NCBI GenBank assembly: GCA_039586365.1
Contig: JBDHKN010000017.1
Location: 20,735 to 84,734 of the forward strand
DNA: 64,000 nucleotides
From: Gemmatimonadota bacterium
GTDB lineage: Bacteria; Gemmatimonadota; Gemmatimonadetes; Gemmatimonadales; GWC2-71-9
Direction of reading: 5' to 3'
The notes under the pieces: generated by a model
Told to the model about the DNA's origin: nothing
What the model saw: the letters and a program-made list of their open reading frames with translations, nothing else
Database searches by the model: none
Part shown: one piece after another, positions 48,269-58,763 of the stretch
How positions within the stretch are numbered: position 1 is the stretch's first letter
Layout: each line of letters opens with the position of its first letter
Position numbers and translations under genes: made by a program

Positions 48269-49878
48269 ACTTGCACCTCTTGTGCCTTGCCCTTGAGCTC
48301 GACCGCCTCCAGTTCCTCGACAGCCGGTGGGTGCTTGAGTTCGTCGTAGAATCGCTTGGTCAGAATGATCTCACCGGGCCCCGCCTTGGAGCAGAGGCGT
48401 GCAGCGGTGTTGACTGCATCGCCGATCACAGTGTATTCCAAGCGGCGATCGCTCCCGATGTTGCCCGCAAAGACCTCGTAGAAGTCGATGCCGATTCCAA
48501 TCTCCACCCGTTGCCTACCCTGCGCAGCCCACTTCACGTTCAGCTTGGCCAGTACGCTCTGCATTTCAATGGCGGCCTGTATGGCTCGATCGGCATCTCC
48601 GTCGCCCGATATCGGCGCACCCCACAGAGCCATTATGGCATCGCCCATGAACTTGTCGAGAGTCCCACCGTTCTCGAAGACGATCTCGACCATTTCGGTG
48701 AAGTACTCGTTGAGCAGTGTGGCGATATCGTCGGGTCCCATCCGCTCCGACATCGGTGTGAAGCCACGAATATCACTGAAGAAGACAACGACTGGTTTTC
48801 GGGTGCCGCCAAGCTGAACGGCTCCTTCCTGGGAGGCGATCTGTTCCGCCAGGTTTGGTGCGAAATAGCGTTGGAAGTTGGACAGCACTACCGCCTCACG
48901 CTGAATCTGATCGAGCAACTGGCCGTTCTCGATTGCGACGGCAGCAATTCCGGAAAACGCGATTAGAAACTCGAGGTCCTCGTCATTGAAGGCCTCGGTC
49001 GCTGTCTGACTGTCGACATAGATGAGGCCGAGAACCCTGCCATCACCACCCTTCTGATTCCGACTGCCCAGCAGTGGAACGCACATGGCGCTGCGCACAC
49101 CCTGCATGACGATTGACTTGCCGTGGAAACGGTCGTCGGCAGCCGCATTGTCAGTCAGGATTGCCAGCCGCTCACTCACCGCGCGGCGCGCGATCGAATG
49201 GGGCACGTGTCGGCTTCCTCCACTGTCGCCGAGTCGGTTCTTGGATATCCGGGGTATGAGTTCTTCCTTCACACCTTCCACCATCAGTATGGACACGCGG
49301 TCGACGTTCATCACTTGGAAGGTGATGTCCACCACCTTCTCGAGTAGCTTGTCCACGTCCTGATGGCGCGACAGTGCTTGGGATATGTCCAACAACAGCG
49401 TGAGCTTGCGGGCTTGGCGCTCCTCCTCCGATTCGCCTTCCACCTTCAACTGCGATCCGCCACTTGGTCGGAGACGGACCTTTTCCTCAATGTTGCCGGT
49501 GTCGGGAACCTCGACCTGGCGGACGATGGTAGCCTCTGGTGGTGGCGCGGCGAAAGCACCTGAGTCGGGCGTGGGAGGCGCCGCCGGTGGAGCGATCTCC
49601 TCAACCTTGAATGCCACCCTCCCAAACGTGACGACGTCGCCATCGAGAGCCACACTCTCGGTCACCTGAGTGCCGTTCACGAAAGTTCCGTTGCTGGAAC
49701 CGAGGTCTTTGACCTTCACGCCGTTATCTGCGAGTGACAATTCGGCGTGCTGTCGTGAGACGGTGGGGTCGTAGATCGGTAGGTCACTAGTTACGGCACG
49801 ACCTACGATCATCGACCGACTGCGGGTGAGGTCGATGCTCTTGTCGCTTGTAGTGCTCTGCAGTTTGAAGGATCTCAA
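48250..49878 (-). CDS. FHA-GAF-class III adenylate cyclase
   Basis: FHA (VGR, VSRQHA, DLGSSNGTFVN), GAF (SAMCVPL, IYVD), catalytic FSDIRGF, DKFMGD, YTVIGDAVNTAARL; TTG start inferred. Confidence 0.9.
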   Translation of the reverse strand: MRSFKLQSTTSDKSIDLTRSRSMIVGRAVTSDLPIYDPTVSRQHAELSLADNGVKVKDLGSSNGTFVNGTQVTESVALDGDVVTFGRVAFKVEEIAPPAAPPTPDSGAFAAPPPEATIVRQVEVPDTGNIEEKVRLRPSGGSQLKVEGESEEERQARKLTLLLDISQALSRHQDVDKLLEKVVDITFQVMNVDRVSILMVEGVKEELIPRISKNRLGDSGGSRHVPHSIARRAVSERLAILTDNAAADDRFHGKSIVMQGVRSAMCVPLLGSRNQKGGDGRVLGLIYVDSQTATEAFNDEDLEFLIAFSGIAAVAIENGQLLDQIQREAVVLSNFQRYFAPNLAEQIASQEGAVQLGGTRKPVVVFFSDIRGFTPMSERMGPDDIATLLNEYFTEMVEIVFENGGTLDKFMGDAIMALWGAPISGDGDADRAIQAAIEMQSVLAKLNVKWAAQGRQRVEIGIGIDFYEVFAGNIGSDRRLEYTVIGDAVNTAARLCSKAGPGEIILTKRFYDELKHPPAVEELEAVELKGKAQEVQVYRVKR

Positions 49879-49928
49879 GTCACATGCCCTCAGATCGGCT
49901 GGAATATATGCCGTGTCGGATAGCTTCG

Positions 49929-51422
49929 CTAAGACCTCGCGGCGAGAGCAAGAGCCCGAAGCACGGCACCCGCCTTGTTCTCCGTCTCCTCGAATTCCCG
50001 CGCGGGCACGCTGTCGGCAACGATACCCGCACCCGCCTGTACATGTGCCTTGCTTCCGGTGAGAATGGCTGTGCGAATCGCAATGGCAGTGTCGAGATTG
50101 ATGCCTCCCCAACCCAGGTAGCATACAGCACCTGCGTAGGGTCCGCGGCGGGTTGGTTCCAAGCTGTCGAGAATCTCCATGGCGCGGACCTTGGGCGCTC
50201 CCGTGACGGTCCCAGCCGGAAAGCACGCTTTCAGCGCTGCGACGGCATCGAATTCCGGTCTCAGTCGTCCTCGCACCTCGCTCACGATGTGTTGCACCTG
50301 GGAGTATCGCTCGATCACTCGATCTTCTGTCACATGAACAGAGCCGTACTCAGCAACCCGGCCTACGTCGTTGCGACCCAAATCGACGAGCATGGCGTGT
50401 TCGGCCAATTCTTTTTCGTCTGCGAGCAGTTCCATTGACAAGCGGGCGTCTTCCTGCTGCGCCGAACCGCGGGGCCGCGTACCGGCTATGGGGCGCACCG
50501 TGATCTCTCCGTCTTCGATCCGAACCAGAACCTCCGGAGAACTTCCAGCGATCGCGATGTCGTCCAACTGTAGGAAATACAGGTACGGTGCTGGGTTCAG
50601 CGCCCGCAAGGCTCGGTACACCGTGAGGGGATCCGCGGTGACGGTGACATCCTGACGCCGCGAGAGGACAGCTTGAAAGACATCGCCGGCCGCTATGTAC
50701 TCCTGGATGCGGGTCACGTCCCGCTCGAAATCCTCCCGCGAATACGGGCTGTCCGTCTGTAAAGACGCTGTCGGGTCTAGCGACAGGGGCGCCAATTTGG
50801 GCGGTTGGGTCAGTCTGCCTAGTAGGACGTCGATACGCTCGAGTGCAAACTCGTAGTGTCGCCTGAGTTCGGCGTCGGTTGGGTTGGCTGGCACATTCGT
50901 GGTTGCCAGCAGGAGCGCCCGCCCGAAAGTGTTATCGATTATTACCAGAGTATCCGCCACCATGAAGACGGCGTCCGGCAACCCCAGGTCGTCCGCAGGT
51001 CCATCTGGCAAGGACTCCATCGTGCGGACGAAGTCGTAGCCGAGATACCCGACTGCTCCGCCAGTGAAGCGTGGGAGGCCAGGCATCTCAACTGTACGGT
51101 ACGAGCGGAGCTGCAGTGCGATGTGCGCCAACGGATCGCTGCATGTCTCAGCGGGTTCCCAACCTGCCGACGGTTTCCAGTGGGCTACTTTACCACGCCG
51201 ATAGCGCCACGCTTCTCTAGGTTCCGTACCGAGAAAGGTGTAGCGAGCCCAGCGCTCTCCTCCAACCAAAGACTCCAGCAGGAAACCAAAGGGGGGGCGA
51301 GCGATGGCAGCGTATGCCATGACTGGAGTGAGCGTGTCGACCGCGAATTCGCGGACTACGGGTACTAATCCTCCGGGCCGTGCCAACTTCTGGTAATTCT
51401 CGAATGTCGCAGGTACGATCAT
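49929..51422 (-). CDS. trpE: Anthranilate synthase component I (chorismate-binding family)
   Basis: LLES, NPAPY, GSSPE, PIAGTR, EHAMLVDLGRND, GTVTGAPK. Confidence 0.88.
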   Translation of the reverse strand: MIVPATFENYQKLARPGGLVPVVREFAVDTLTPVMAYAAIARPPFGFLLESLVGGERWARYTFLGTEPREAWRYRRGKVAHWKPSAGWEPAETCSDPLAHIALQLRSYRTVEMPGLPRFTGGAVGYLGYDFVRTMESLPDGPADDLGLPDAVFMVADTLVIIDNTFGRALLLATTNVPANPTDAELRRHYEFALERIDVLLGRLTQPPKLAPLSLDPTASLQTDSPYSREDFERDVTRIQEYIAAGDVFQAVLSRRQDVTVTADPLTVYRALRALNPAPYLYFLQLDDIAIAGSSPEVLVRIEDGEITVRPIAGTRPRGSAQQEDARLSMELLADEKELAEHAMLVDLGRNDVGRVAEYGSVHVTEDRVIERYSQVQHIVSEVRGRLRPEFDAVAALKACFPAGTVTGAPKVRAMEILDSLEPTRRGPYAGAVCYLGWGGINLDTAIAIRTAILTGSKAHVQAGAGIVADSVPAREFEETENKAGAVLRALALAARS

Positions 51423-52006
51423 CTAGGAGCTGCGAGGAGGTATTCGCCACTGGACTGGAGTGCGGCCGCCACCGCGTCGTTTCCGGCCGGGCCGGAAGCA
51501 GGAGCGATGCTCCACTGGTCGATGGTGATTTCGAACCAGATGTCCAGCGCCGCAACATAGTCGTTGGCACTGGCGTAGCTCGAGGAAACCTCCCCTACGG
51601 ACGCATCCCCGTATATGCCGAAAAAGAAGGTTGCCGTGGGAGAGCGGCTTTCGTCGAACAACAAGTTGGCTGGACTGAGGATGAATCCGTATTCCCCCGC
51701 CCGCGGTTGGACCGTCACCCGAACCGAGTCGTTGTCGGATAGAGGTTGTCCGTTGAGACTGACAAGTGCCTGTGCCGGGAAGCTCAGCTCGAGGTAGGGG
51801 ATGTTGAATCCGCCCGCGTGCACCAGCTGCCGCGCAGTCAGCCGGGAGTTGTATACCCAGAAGCTAACTAGGTCAACCGGTGGAGCGGCTGCCTGCTGTG
51901 GTAGGATCAGCAATTCTGCGGTCGTCAGCAGTTCGTCTTGCGGCTGCGTCAGGTCGGAACACGCTGTAGCGAACAACAGCAGTACGGTGCTTGCCGCCAG
52001 CGCCAC
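51419..52006 (-). CDS. Hypothetical lipoprotein
   Basis: Lipobox-like LLLFATAC; ATGA overlap with trpE; start uncertain. Confidence 0.55.
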   Translation of the reverse strand: MALAASTVLLLFATACSDLTQPQDELLTTAELLILPQQAAAPPVDLVSFWVYNSRLTARQLVHAGGFNIPYLELSFPAQALVSLNGQPLSDNDSVRVTVQPRAGEYGFILSPANLLFDESRSPTATFFFGIYGDASVGEVSSSYASANDYVAALDIWFEITIDQWSIAPASGPAGNDAVAAALQSSGEYLLAAPR

Positions 52007-52027
52007 ACGCCGAGATATTGCGCGACG

Positions 52028-54073
52028 ATGATCGCACAGCGAGTTGTCATCGCAGCGGCCGTTCTGGGGCTCCTTACCGTCCCTGCACGAATCACCGCTC
52101 AAGACTGGAACAGTCCGGCCGTCCTGGCGCTCGTGAACCGATCCATCGAGAGGCGCGCCGCGGCGCGGTCTGACAGCGGGCTTAGAGATTACCGCGCTCG
52201 GGCCCATGGTTTTGTCTTCTTCTTGGGTCAACTAGGTGAACTCTCAGAACCACCACGCTTGATCAAGTCGGACCAACTAGAACTGGAAGTTTACTGGAAG
52301 GCGCCGGGGAGTAGCAAGCAGCGGATCATCGGTTGGCGTGACCGAGCGGACCTACCCACCGACATCCGCTATCATCGAGACCATTTGGGGATCGTGACGA
52401 ACAACTTCAGTGACCGGATTGGCTTGGGCCACGAAGAAGAGGTTCGCAATGTGCCGCACCCGCTCTCGCCGCAGGGAGCACAGCTGTACGATTTTGCGTT
52501 GGCAGACTCCCTGACGATACGCTTGCCCCAACGTGCCGTTCGCGTGTACAGCGTACGGGTTAGGCCCAAGAACGTGGAGGCGATCGGGGTCATTGGGACG
52601 CTCTACATCGACGTGGCCGAGGCGGAGTTGGTTCAGATGCGCTTCAACTTCACGCGCAATTCGTACGTCGATGACACGCTGGAAGACATCACGATTCTGC
52701 TGGAGAACAGCCTTTGGGAGGGGCGTTACTGGCTGCCGCGGCGTCAGGAGCTAGAGATCCGGAGGCGTACATCCTGGTTCGATCTGCCCGCACGGGGGAT
52801 CATCCGGGGCCGCTGGGAGATAGACAGCTACGAGTTCAACCTCGACGCGTCGGACGCGACTTTCCTCGGCCCCGAGATCGTGGCAGCACCGAGGGCCGAA
52901 CGCGACAGCTTCCCGTGGCAAGAAACGCTCGACGCAGAGGTACGTGCCGTCAGCGACCCGCAGCTCACGCTGGACCTGGCCGCGATCCGTTCGGAAGTAA
53001 AACGACTGGCCGACGATCACGTACTTACCGGGTTGGCGACGGCCAAACTCGGTGCGAGGAATATCTCCGATCTGATGCGGTTCAACGGGGTCGAAGGACT
53101 CGCACTCGGGTTCGGTGGGATTGTAAGGCCCTTGGGTGGCGCAGCTGAGATCGCTGCTTGGGTGTCGTACGGCACCAGCGACAAGGAGTTGAAAGGGCGA
53201 CTTGAATTGCGGCGTCGGTTGGGCCGATTCACGGTGGGCGTTGACCTGATCAGACAGCTGGAGGACATCGCCGAAGAGCCGGCGATCTCGCCCGCTCTGA
53301 ACTCGATCCTGGCCCAGGAACTGGCCCAGGACTACGGTGATTATCACCTTGCGGAAGCAACCATGGTAGTCGTGGAGTATGAGCTGGGACCCCGCACGAC
53401 CTTCAGTTGGTCGTTGGGCGCGGAACGTTCGACTTCCGTAATGGCAGCAGCGGTGCCTGCTCGGGGCACGTTCGATCCCAATCCAGAGCTGGGTGCGGGC
53501 TCGTTTGGGATAGCTAGGGTCTCGTTGCAGCGGCGCAGTGGGGGGATCGCGTCGGGCAGGGGAATCGGGGCAGGTGCTTCAGTAGAGGCTGGGGTTGGTG
53601 AGGGGCAGCAGTTCCTGCGGGTAAGAGGTGATGGCAGGATGCGAGTGCCAGTGGGCAGTACCAATCTGGCCGCCCGGGTCTGGGCGGGTTGGGGTTCAGC
53701 CGACCTGCCGCTGAACCGCAGCTTTCTGTTGGGTGGGAGGGGAGATTTGGTGAGTGAGCCATTCCGCGCCTGGGGTGGCCGTCGTGGGGCGTTTGGTTCG
53801 CTCGAGTGGCGGGTGCCGGTTCCTTTCGTGTCGGTGCCGCTAGGGGCCGTTGTCTCGACGGGTGATCGGATCTTCCTGGCGCCATTCATAGCAGCCGGTG
53901 CGATCGGGGGAGACAGGGGCCCGTGGCTGGCAAGTGATGGTGTGAGAGCCGTGGCTGGTCTGGGTGTCGAGTGGTTTCACAGCTTGTTTCGAGTGGACCT
54001 TGCTGTCAGCTTGCGAGATCCGCAGTTCGGGGTGGTCGCGGACATAAACCGGGGCCTGTGGGGTATCCTGTAA
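52028..54073 (+). CDS. Exported protein, probable outer-membrane beta-barrel at the C-terminus
   Basis: Signal peptide (TAQ), amphipathic strands, LGGRG motif reminiscent of Omp85-type barrels. Confidence 0.55.
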   Translation: MIAQRVVIAAAVLGLLTVPARITAQDWNSPAVLALVNRSIERRAAARSDSGLRDYRARAHGFVFFLGQLGELSEPPRLIKSDQLELEVYWKAPGSSKQRIIGWRDRADLPTDIRYHRDHLGIVTNNFSDRIGLGHEEEVRNVPHPLSPQGAQLYDFALADSLTIRLPQRAVRVYSVRVRPKNVEAIGVIGTLYIDVAEAELVQMRFNFTRNSYVDDTLEDITILLENSLWEGRYWLPRRQELEIRRRTSWFDLPARGIIRGRWEIDSYEFNLDASDATFLGPEIVAAPRAERDSFPWQETLDAEVRAVSDPQLTLDLAAIRSEVKRLADDHVLTGLATAKLGARNISDLMRFNGVEGLALGFGGIVRPLGGAAEIAAWVSYGTSDKELKGRLELRRRLGRFTVGVDLIRQLEDIAEEPAISPALNSILAQELAQDYGDYHLAEATMVVVEYELGPRTTFSWSLGAERSTSVMAAAVPARGTFDPNPELGAGSFGIARVSLQRRSGGIASGRGIGAGASVEAGVGEGQQFLRVRGDGRMRVPVGSTNLAARVWAGWGSADLPLNRSFLLGGRGDLVSEPFRAWGGRRGAFGSLEWRVPVPFVSVPLGAVVSTGDRIFLAPFIAAGAIGGDRGPWLASDGVRAVAGLGVEWFHSLFRVDLAVSLRDPQFGVVADINRGLWGIL

Positions 54074-54163
54074 GGGTAGCCCAGCCAGCGAGGATTATGA
54101 GGTCGCGGGGCACTCGGCCTGCTGGCGTGGCAGGGAGGCGAACCCTATCTTATTAGTTCATAG

Positions 54164-56482
54164 TTGGTTAGTGAGCGTTCGGACGCTGGAGGTGGTGCCG
54201 TAAAGCAGTTCAAGGATGAGTGGCTCAGTACTACACTGGAGGAGATCACCGGAGCCGAAAGGCTGGCGGAACTCCGAGCCAGTGAAGCAGCCAGCGAATC
54301 CCTGTGGGAGACCGCGGTGGCGGCGGGAGCGGCCACTGATGAGGATCTCCTCAGTGGGTTGTCTCGCCGATTCCGCCTCAAGCTAGGGGATGTATCGCAG
54401 AGCGATCGCTTGGCGCGGGAGACCGTGCCCGAGCAGGTAGCCAGGCAGTATCATATCCTCCCACTGCGCATCACTGATTCCTATCTGGAAATCGCCTCCT
54501 CAAACCCGTTCGACCTGGATTGTGAGAAGACCCTAGCATTCGCCACAGGACGAGAGGTGAGGGTCGTACTCGCCAGCCCCTCAAAGATTGAGGAAAAGAT
54601 TGAGGAGCTGTATCGACCGGAAAACGTGCTCGAGCAGCTACTCGATGGGATGGGCGCGGGGGAGATGGATTTCGAGCAGATCGACGACGCGGCCGATCTC
54701 ACCGATGAGCTCCAGATCTCTGCAGAGGAAGCTTCGCAGCGGCCTGTGGTGCGGCTAGTCGATCTGATCTTCTCCGAAGGCATACTCGCGCGGGCAAGCG
54801 ACATCCATATCGAGCCCGAGGAAGGCGGCATCGCTGTTCGGTACCGCATCGATGGCGTGCTGCGGGAACACATGAAGATCCCGCGGGCCGCCGGACTGCC
54901 CATGATCTCGCGTATCAAGATCATATCGGGTCTCGACATCGCTGACCGGCTCAGGCCACAGGATGGCCGCGCACGGGTAGCTGTGAACGGCATACCGGTT
55001 GATCTCCGGGTATCGACGTTGCCAGCATCGTTAGGGGAGAAGGTCGTGGTCCGGGTGCTGGATACTTCCCAGACAGTCCTATCGCTCGATGCACTGGGCC
55101 TCTCCGTAACGGAGGTCGATGAGATCAGAGGACTGCTCGACAACCGGGACGGGATCATTCTGGTGACAGGGCCCACCGGTTCTGGCAAGACGACGACGCT
55201 CTATTCCGCTATACGTCACGTTCAGAGCGTAGGCGTGAACATCGTCACGGTGGAGGATCCCGTCGAATACCGGATTCCCGGCATCGTGCAGGTTCAAGTC
55301 AACGAGAAAGCTGGCTTGACGTTCGCATCTGCGCTGCGGTCGATACTGCGACAGGATCCTGACGTGGTGCTGGTGGGTGAGATTCGCGACCGCGAAACTG
55401 CGCAGATCGCGACCCAGGCGTCGCTAACCGGTCATATGGTCCTGTCGACGCTGCACACCAACGATGCTCCCAACGCGGTGACACGATTGGTGGATATCGG
55501 GCTGGAGGCGTTCAAGATCGGGTCGGCACTGCGCGGTGTGGTGGCGCAACGTCTGATGCGGACTCTCTGCGCGACCTGCAAGGAAGTCTGGATCGAGCCG
55601 GTCTCCTCCAAGCTGCGCAAGTGGATTCCGGAGGCTTCACCGCTGTACCGTGCTGTGGGGTGTCCGGAGTGTGCCATGACAGGGTACCGGGGCCGTTTCT
55701 CCATTGCGGAGATCCTGAAGATGACCCCCGAGGTGGAGCGCCGGGTCGCTGCAGGTGCCACCGCCGACAAGATTGCCGATGCGGCCCGCGCCGGCGGCAT
55801 GAGGTCTCTGTGGGATAGTGGCTTGGCACACGTGCTGCGGGGTGACTCCACCATCGACGAGTTGCTCCGCGTAGTGGATGTGCCGCAAGAGGACGAATTC
55901 GACTCCTCCAAGGCCGTGTCGGTTAGTGGCGAGCCGGCAGAATCACAGCCCGCAGCGAAAGCGGCGGTCGCGCCACCGCCTGCCACCGGTGAGTCTCATG
56001 AGGCTGCGCCGCCTCCTGGTGCCAGTCCCGCGCTCGATGGCAGCTTCGAGTTGTTGGAGTCCGAGGGTGGTGCTGGGGTACAGGTTGCGGAAGCCAAAGT
56101 CCTGCTGGTGGATGATGAAGATCAGCTGAGGCGGGTGATGCGTGATCTACTGGAGCGCGATGGCTACACGGTGACGGAAGCCCGTGATGGGGTCGAAGCG
56201 CTCGACCAAATCGATCGCCACGCCCCCGATATCATAGTGCTCGATCTAAACCTCCCCGGTTTGGATGGTTACGGGGTCCTGGCGCACCTGCGCTCCCGCC
56301 CGGCCACTGTCAGCATTCCCGTGGTCGTTCTGACAGCTCAGGGTGATGAGGACAACGAGGTGAAAGTGTTTGAGATGGGGGCTGACGACTTCCTGTCCAA
56401 GCCCTTCCGGGCCCGCGCTCTGTCGGCCTGGCTACAGGCAGTTCTCAGTCGCAGCGGTCGTCGGATCACCGGACACCACTAG
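54164..56482 (+). CDS. GspE/PulE/PilB-family secretion ATPase with C-terminal receiver domain
   Basis: ASDIHIEP, PQDGR, GPTGSGKTT, EDPVE, RQDPD, GEIRD, STLHTN, CxxC pair; then LVDD...LDLNLPGLDG...KPF. Confidence 0.92.
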   Translation: MVSERSDAGGGAVKQFKDEWLSTTLEEITGAERLAELRASEAASESLWETAVAAGAATDEDLLSGLSRRFRLKLGDVSQSDRLARETVPEQVARQYHILPLRITDSYLEIASSNPFDLDCEKTLAFATGREVRVVLASPSKIEEKIEELYRPENVLEQLLDGMGAGEMDFEQIDDAADLTDELQISAEEASQRPVVRLVDLIFSEGILARASDIHIEPEEGGIAVRYRIDGVLREHMKIPRAAGLPMISRIKIISGLDIADRLRPQDGRARVAVNGIPVDLRVSTLPASLGEKVVVRVLDTSQTVLSLDALGLSVTEVDEIRGLLDNRDGIILVTGPTGSGKTTTLYSAIRHVQSVGVNIVTVEDPVEYRIPGIVQVQVNEKAGLTFASALRSILRQDPDVVLVGEIRDRETAQIATQASLTGHMVLSTLHTNDAPNAVTRLVDIGLEAFKIGSALRGVVAQRLMRTLCATCKEVWIEPVSSKLRKWIPEASPLYRAVGCPECAMTGYRGRFSIAEILKMTPEVERRVAAGATADKIADAARAGGMRSLWDSGLAHVLRGDSTIDELLRVVDVPQEDEFDSSKAVSVSGEPAESQPAAKAAVAPPPATGESHEAAPPPGASPALDGSFELLESEGGAGVQVAEAKVLLVDDEDQLRRVMRDLLERDGYTVTEARDGVEALDQIDRHAPDIIVLDLNLPGLDGYGVLAHLRSRPATVSIPVVVLTAQGDEDNEVKVFEMGADDFLSKPFRARALSAWLQAVLSRSGRRITGHH

Positions 56483-56509
56483 CAGTCCACCCACGAGCAA
56501 CTGACCGCG

Positions 56510-56580
56510 CCGTGCTCCCGTGTCAGCACGGGAGCACGGGAACGGTGCTCCCGAACACGTTAATGCAATACGGGGAGCAC
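56510..56580. repeat. Tandem related inverted repeats between convergent genes (terminator or REP-like)
   Basis: Perfect 13-bp stem CCGTGCTCCCGTG-TCAG-CACGGGAGCACGG plus a second GTGCTCCC...GGGAGCAC pair. Confidence 0.75.
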
Positions 56581-56598
56581 GGAGTCGCCCTGGCACAC

Positions 56599-58722
56599 TC
56601 ACGAACGGCTGGCTCGCGCCTGTAGGATGGTGGTAACTGCGGTCCGGAGCGCCTGGGCGCTTACAGGCTTTCGGAGATAGGGACATTGTGATCTCGCCAG
56701 CCACTGTTCGGTCTCGAGTCTAACGTCGCCCGTTATCAGCAGTGTGCGGGAGCGAAGCTCGGGCCAGTTCTCGAACAGGTCAGCCGGCAATGATGGCAGG
56801 TCGGGAGACAACGTCCGCGGCTCCAGGATGACGATGTCGTAGGAATGCTGCCTCAGCATGGCACGAGCCTCCGTGAGGTCACCTGCGTACTGGACGTGGA
56901 ATGCGGTGCCCGCCAGCGTGAGACCGAGAGATTGCCGGACCGCAGGATCGTCATCCACCACGAGAACGCGGATATTGCCAGCATTAGCCCGGGTCGCCGG
57001 CTCCGCGCCGTGCTGTTCGCTCTCCGCTTCCATCTCTGCAGCCGGCCGGTCCTTGCCCGCGACGGGCAGCGACACCACAAACTGAGATGCCCCGTCGGTC
57101 GGTCTAGTCACCGAGAGCTGTCCTTTGTGACCCTCGACGATTCGATAGGTGATCGATAGGCCCAGCCCGGTTCCTTCGCCAGCTTGCTTAGTCGTGAAGA
57201 ACGGCAGGAAGATCTGGGGTTCCAGCTCTGCCGGAATACCGGGGCCCGAGTCGGATATCGTGATGACTATGTGCTGGTCGCGCTGCGTGGTTTCGGCGCG
57301 CACCCATCTTGCTCGGTCCGGCGGATTGTCCCCCACAGCCTGAACTGCGTTGGTCAGCAGATTGAGCACCACCTGCTGCAGTTCGTGGCGGTCCCCGCGT
57401 ACCGCATCGAGTGGCTCACTCAGGTCCAGCTCGAGCTCGATGTGCCGCAGTTTGAGCTCATGGCTAATCAGAGCCGTGGCGCTCCGGATCACCTCGTTGA
57501 GGTCAACATCGGTTAATTCCGCCGGCCCCTTGCGCGCGAACGAGAGCAGACTGCGCACGATATGTGCGGCTCGCTCAGCCTGCTCATGGATGACGTCGAT
57601 ATGGTTCAGCTCTCCTTCCGGAGTGGATCCCTTGCTGCGCAGGAAATCGGCGAGTCCCGCGATCGAGGATATGGGGTTATTCAGTTCGTGGGCAACTCCG
57701 GATACGAGCTGCCCCACTGCGGCCATCTTCTCGTTCTGAATCAGCTGGGCCTCGAGAGCTTCGCGCTCGGTCACATCTTCGATGAGTATGACCAGCCAAT
57801 CCCCGTCCGGTTGCGGCAGGGCGGACCCGGTGCAGCGCAAGGTACGGGTCCCGCCGGGCAGCGCCGCTCGGGTAGTTGTTGAGGACGGAGCCTGGCTCAA
57901 ACGAACCGATTCCAAGTAGCCACATAGTGCTGCGGATTCGCCGATCACATCGCCGGGAAACCGGCGACCTATCAAGGCGGGAATGGGTTCTCTTGCCAAG
58001 ATACCGAGCGCCCTGTTGGCCCGGCGGACTCGATTGGTATGGTCCAACAGCGCCACCGCATCGGCTAGCGCGTCGAAGGTGGTCTCCCACTGCTCTTTGC
58101 CCGACCGAATCAGTTCAAACAGCCGGGCGTTCTCCAGCACAATTGCGGCATGGGCGGCGACTGTCGCCAACTGTTTCTGGTCTTCCGCAGAAAATGGTTC
58201 GGCCTTGTGTCGAACGGTGGCGAGAGCACCCACGGTGACACCGTGAGCACAGAAAGGGGCAACGGCCGCAGCTCCGACTTGAAATCCCCGAACCAGCTCA
58301 GGCTTCTGTTGCTCGACCGCCAGGGCAACCTGTATCTGCTCCAAGCCCATCGCCAGTCCGATGAGACCGGCGTCACGCTCTTTGATTTCCTGTCCAGCAA
58401 GGGCCGAGAGACCGCCACGGGCCATGACAACCCGCAACGGCAACTCCCCACCCTTGGCCACTGCCACCAGGGTACCGTCGGCGGCGACCGAGCGAGAGAC
58501 GTGATCGGCCACGCTGTTGACGACATTCTGGACATCCAGTGATTCGGCCAGCGCGGTGGACAGTTCCTGCAGCGAGATCAACTCATTGAGGCGCTGAGCC
58601 AACTCCGAGCGGGCCAGCTCGGCTTCGGTCACCATGCGGCGGGTAGTCCGGCGACTTCCCGTGCGGAGGCCAACCCACCAGGCGACCAACGCAATCAATG
58701 CTGGTGCAATCCAATCGATCAT
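56599..58722 (-). CDS. Hybrid sensor histidine kinase (TM-GAF-PAS-HisKA-HATPase-degenerate receiver)
   Basis: VAHELNNP H-box, NLLTNA, DSGPG, FFTTK, GTGLGL; C-terminal VVDDD...ILEP...LRKP. Confidence 0.9.
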   Translation of the reverse strand: MIDWIAPALIALVAWWVGLRTGSRRTTRRMVTEAELARSELAQRLNELISLQELSTALAESLDVQNVVNSVADHVSRSVAADGTLVAVAKGGELPLRVVMARGGLSALAGQEIKERDAGLIGLAMGLEQIQVALAVEQQKPELVRGFQVGAAAVAPFCAHGVTVGALATVRHKAEPFSAEDQKQLATVAAHAAIVLENARLFELIRSGKEQWETTFDALADAVALLDHTNRVRRANRALGILAREPIPALIGRRFPGDVIGESAALCGYLESVRLSQAPSSTTTRAALPGGTRTLRCTGSALPQPDGDWLVILIEDVTEREALEAQLIQNEKMAAVGQLVSGVAHELNNPISSIAGLADFLRSKGSTPEGELNHIDVIHEQAERAAHIVRSLLSFARKGPAELTDVDLNEVIRSATALISHELKLRHIELELDLSEPLDAVRGDRHELQQVVLNLLTNAVQAVGDNPPDRARWVRAETTQRDQHIVITISDSGPGIPAELEPQIFLPFFTTKQAGEGTGLGLSITYRIVEGHKGQLSVTRPTDGASQFVVSLPVAGKDRPAAEMEAESEQHGAEPATRANAGNIRVLVVDDDPAVRQSLGLTLAGTAFHVQYAGDLTEARAMLRQHSYDIVILEPRTLSPDLPSLPADLFENWPELRSRTLLITGDVRLETEQWLARSQCPYLRKPVSAQALRTAVTTILQARASRS

Positions 58723-58763
58723 ACGGTCGGCGTTCCTCTGGTGACGAATCTAGGTTGCGAGCC

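Noticed and set aside
49879..50226. 116-aa N-terminal extension of the cyclase in the ORF track
   Set aside because: It overlaps trpE on the same strand in another frame; an RBS-preceded TTG at 49878 explains the gene
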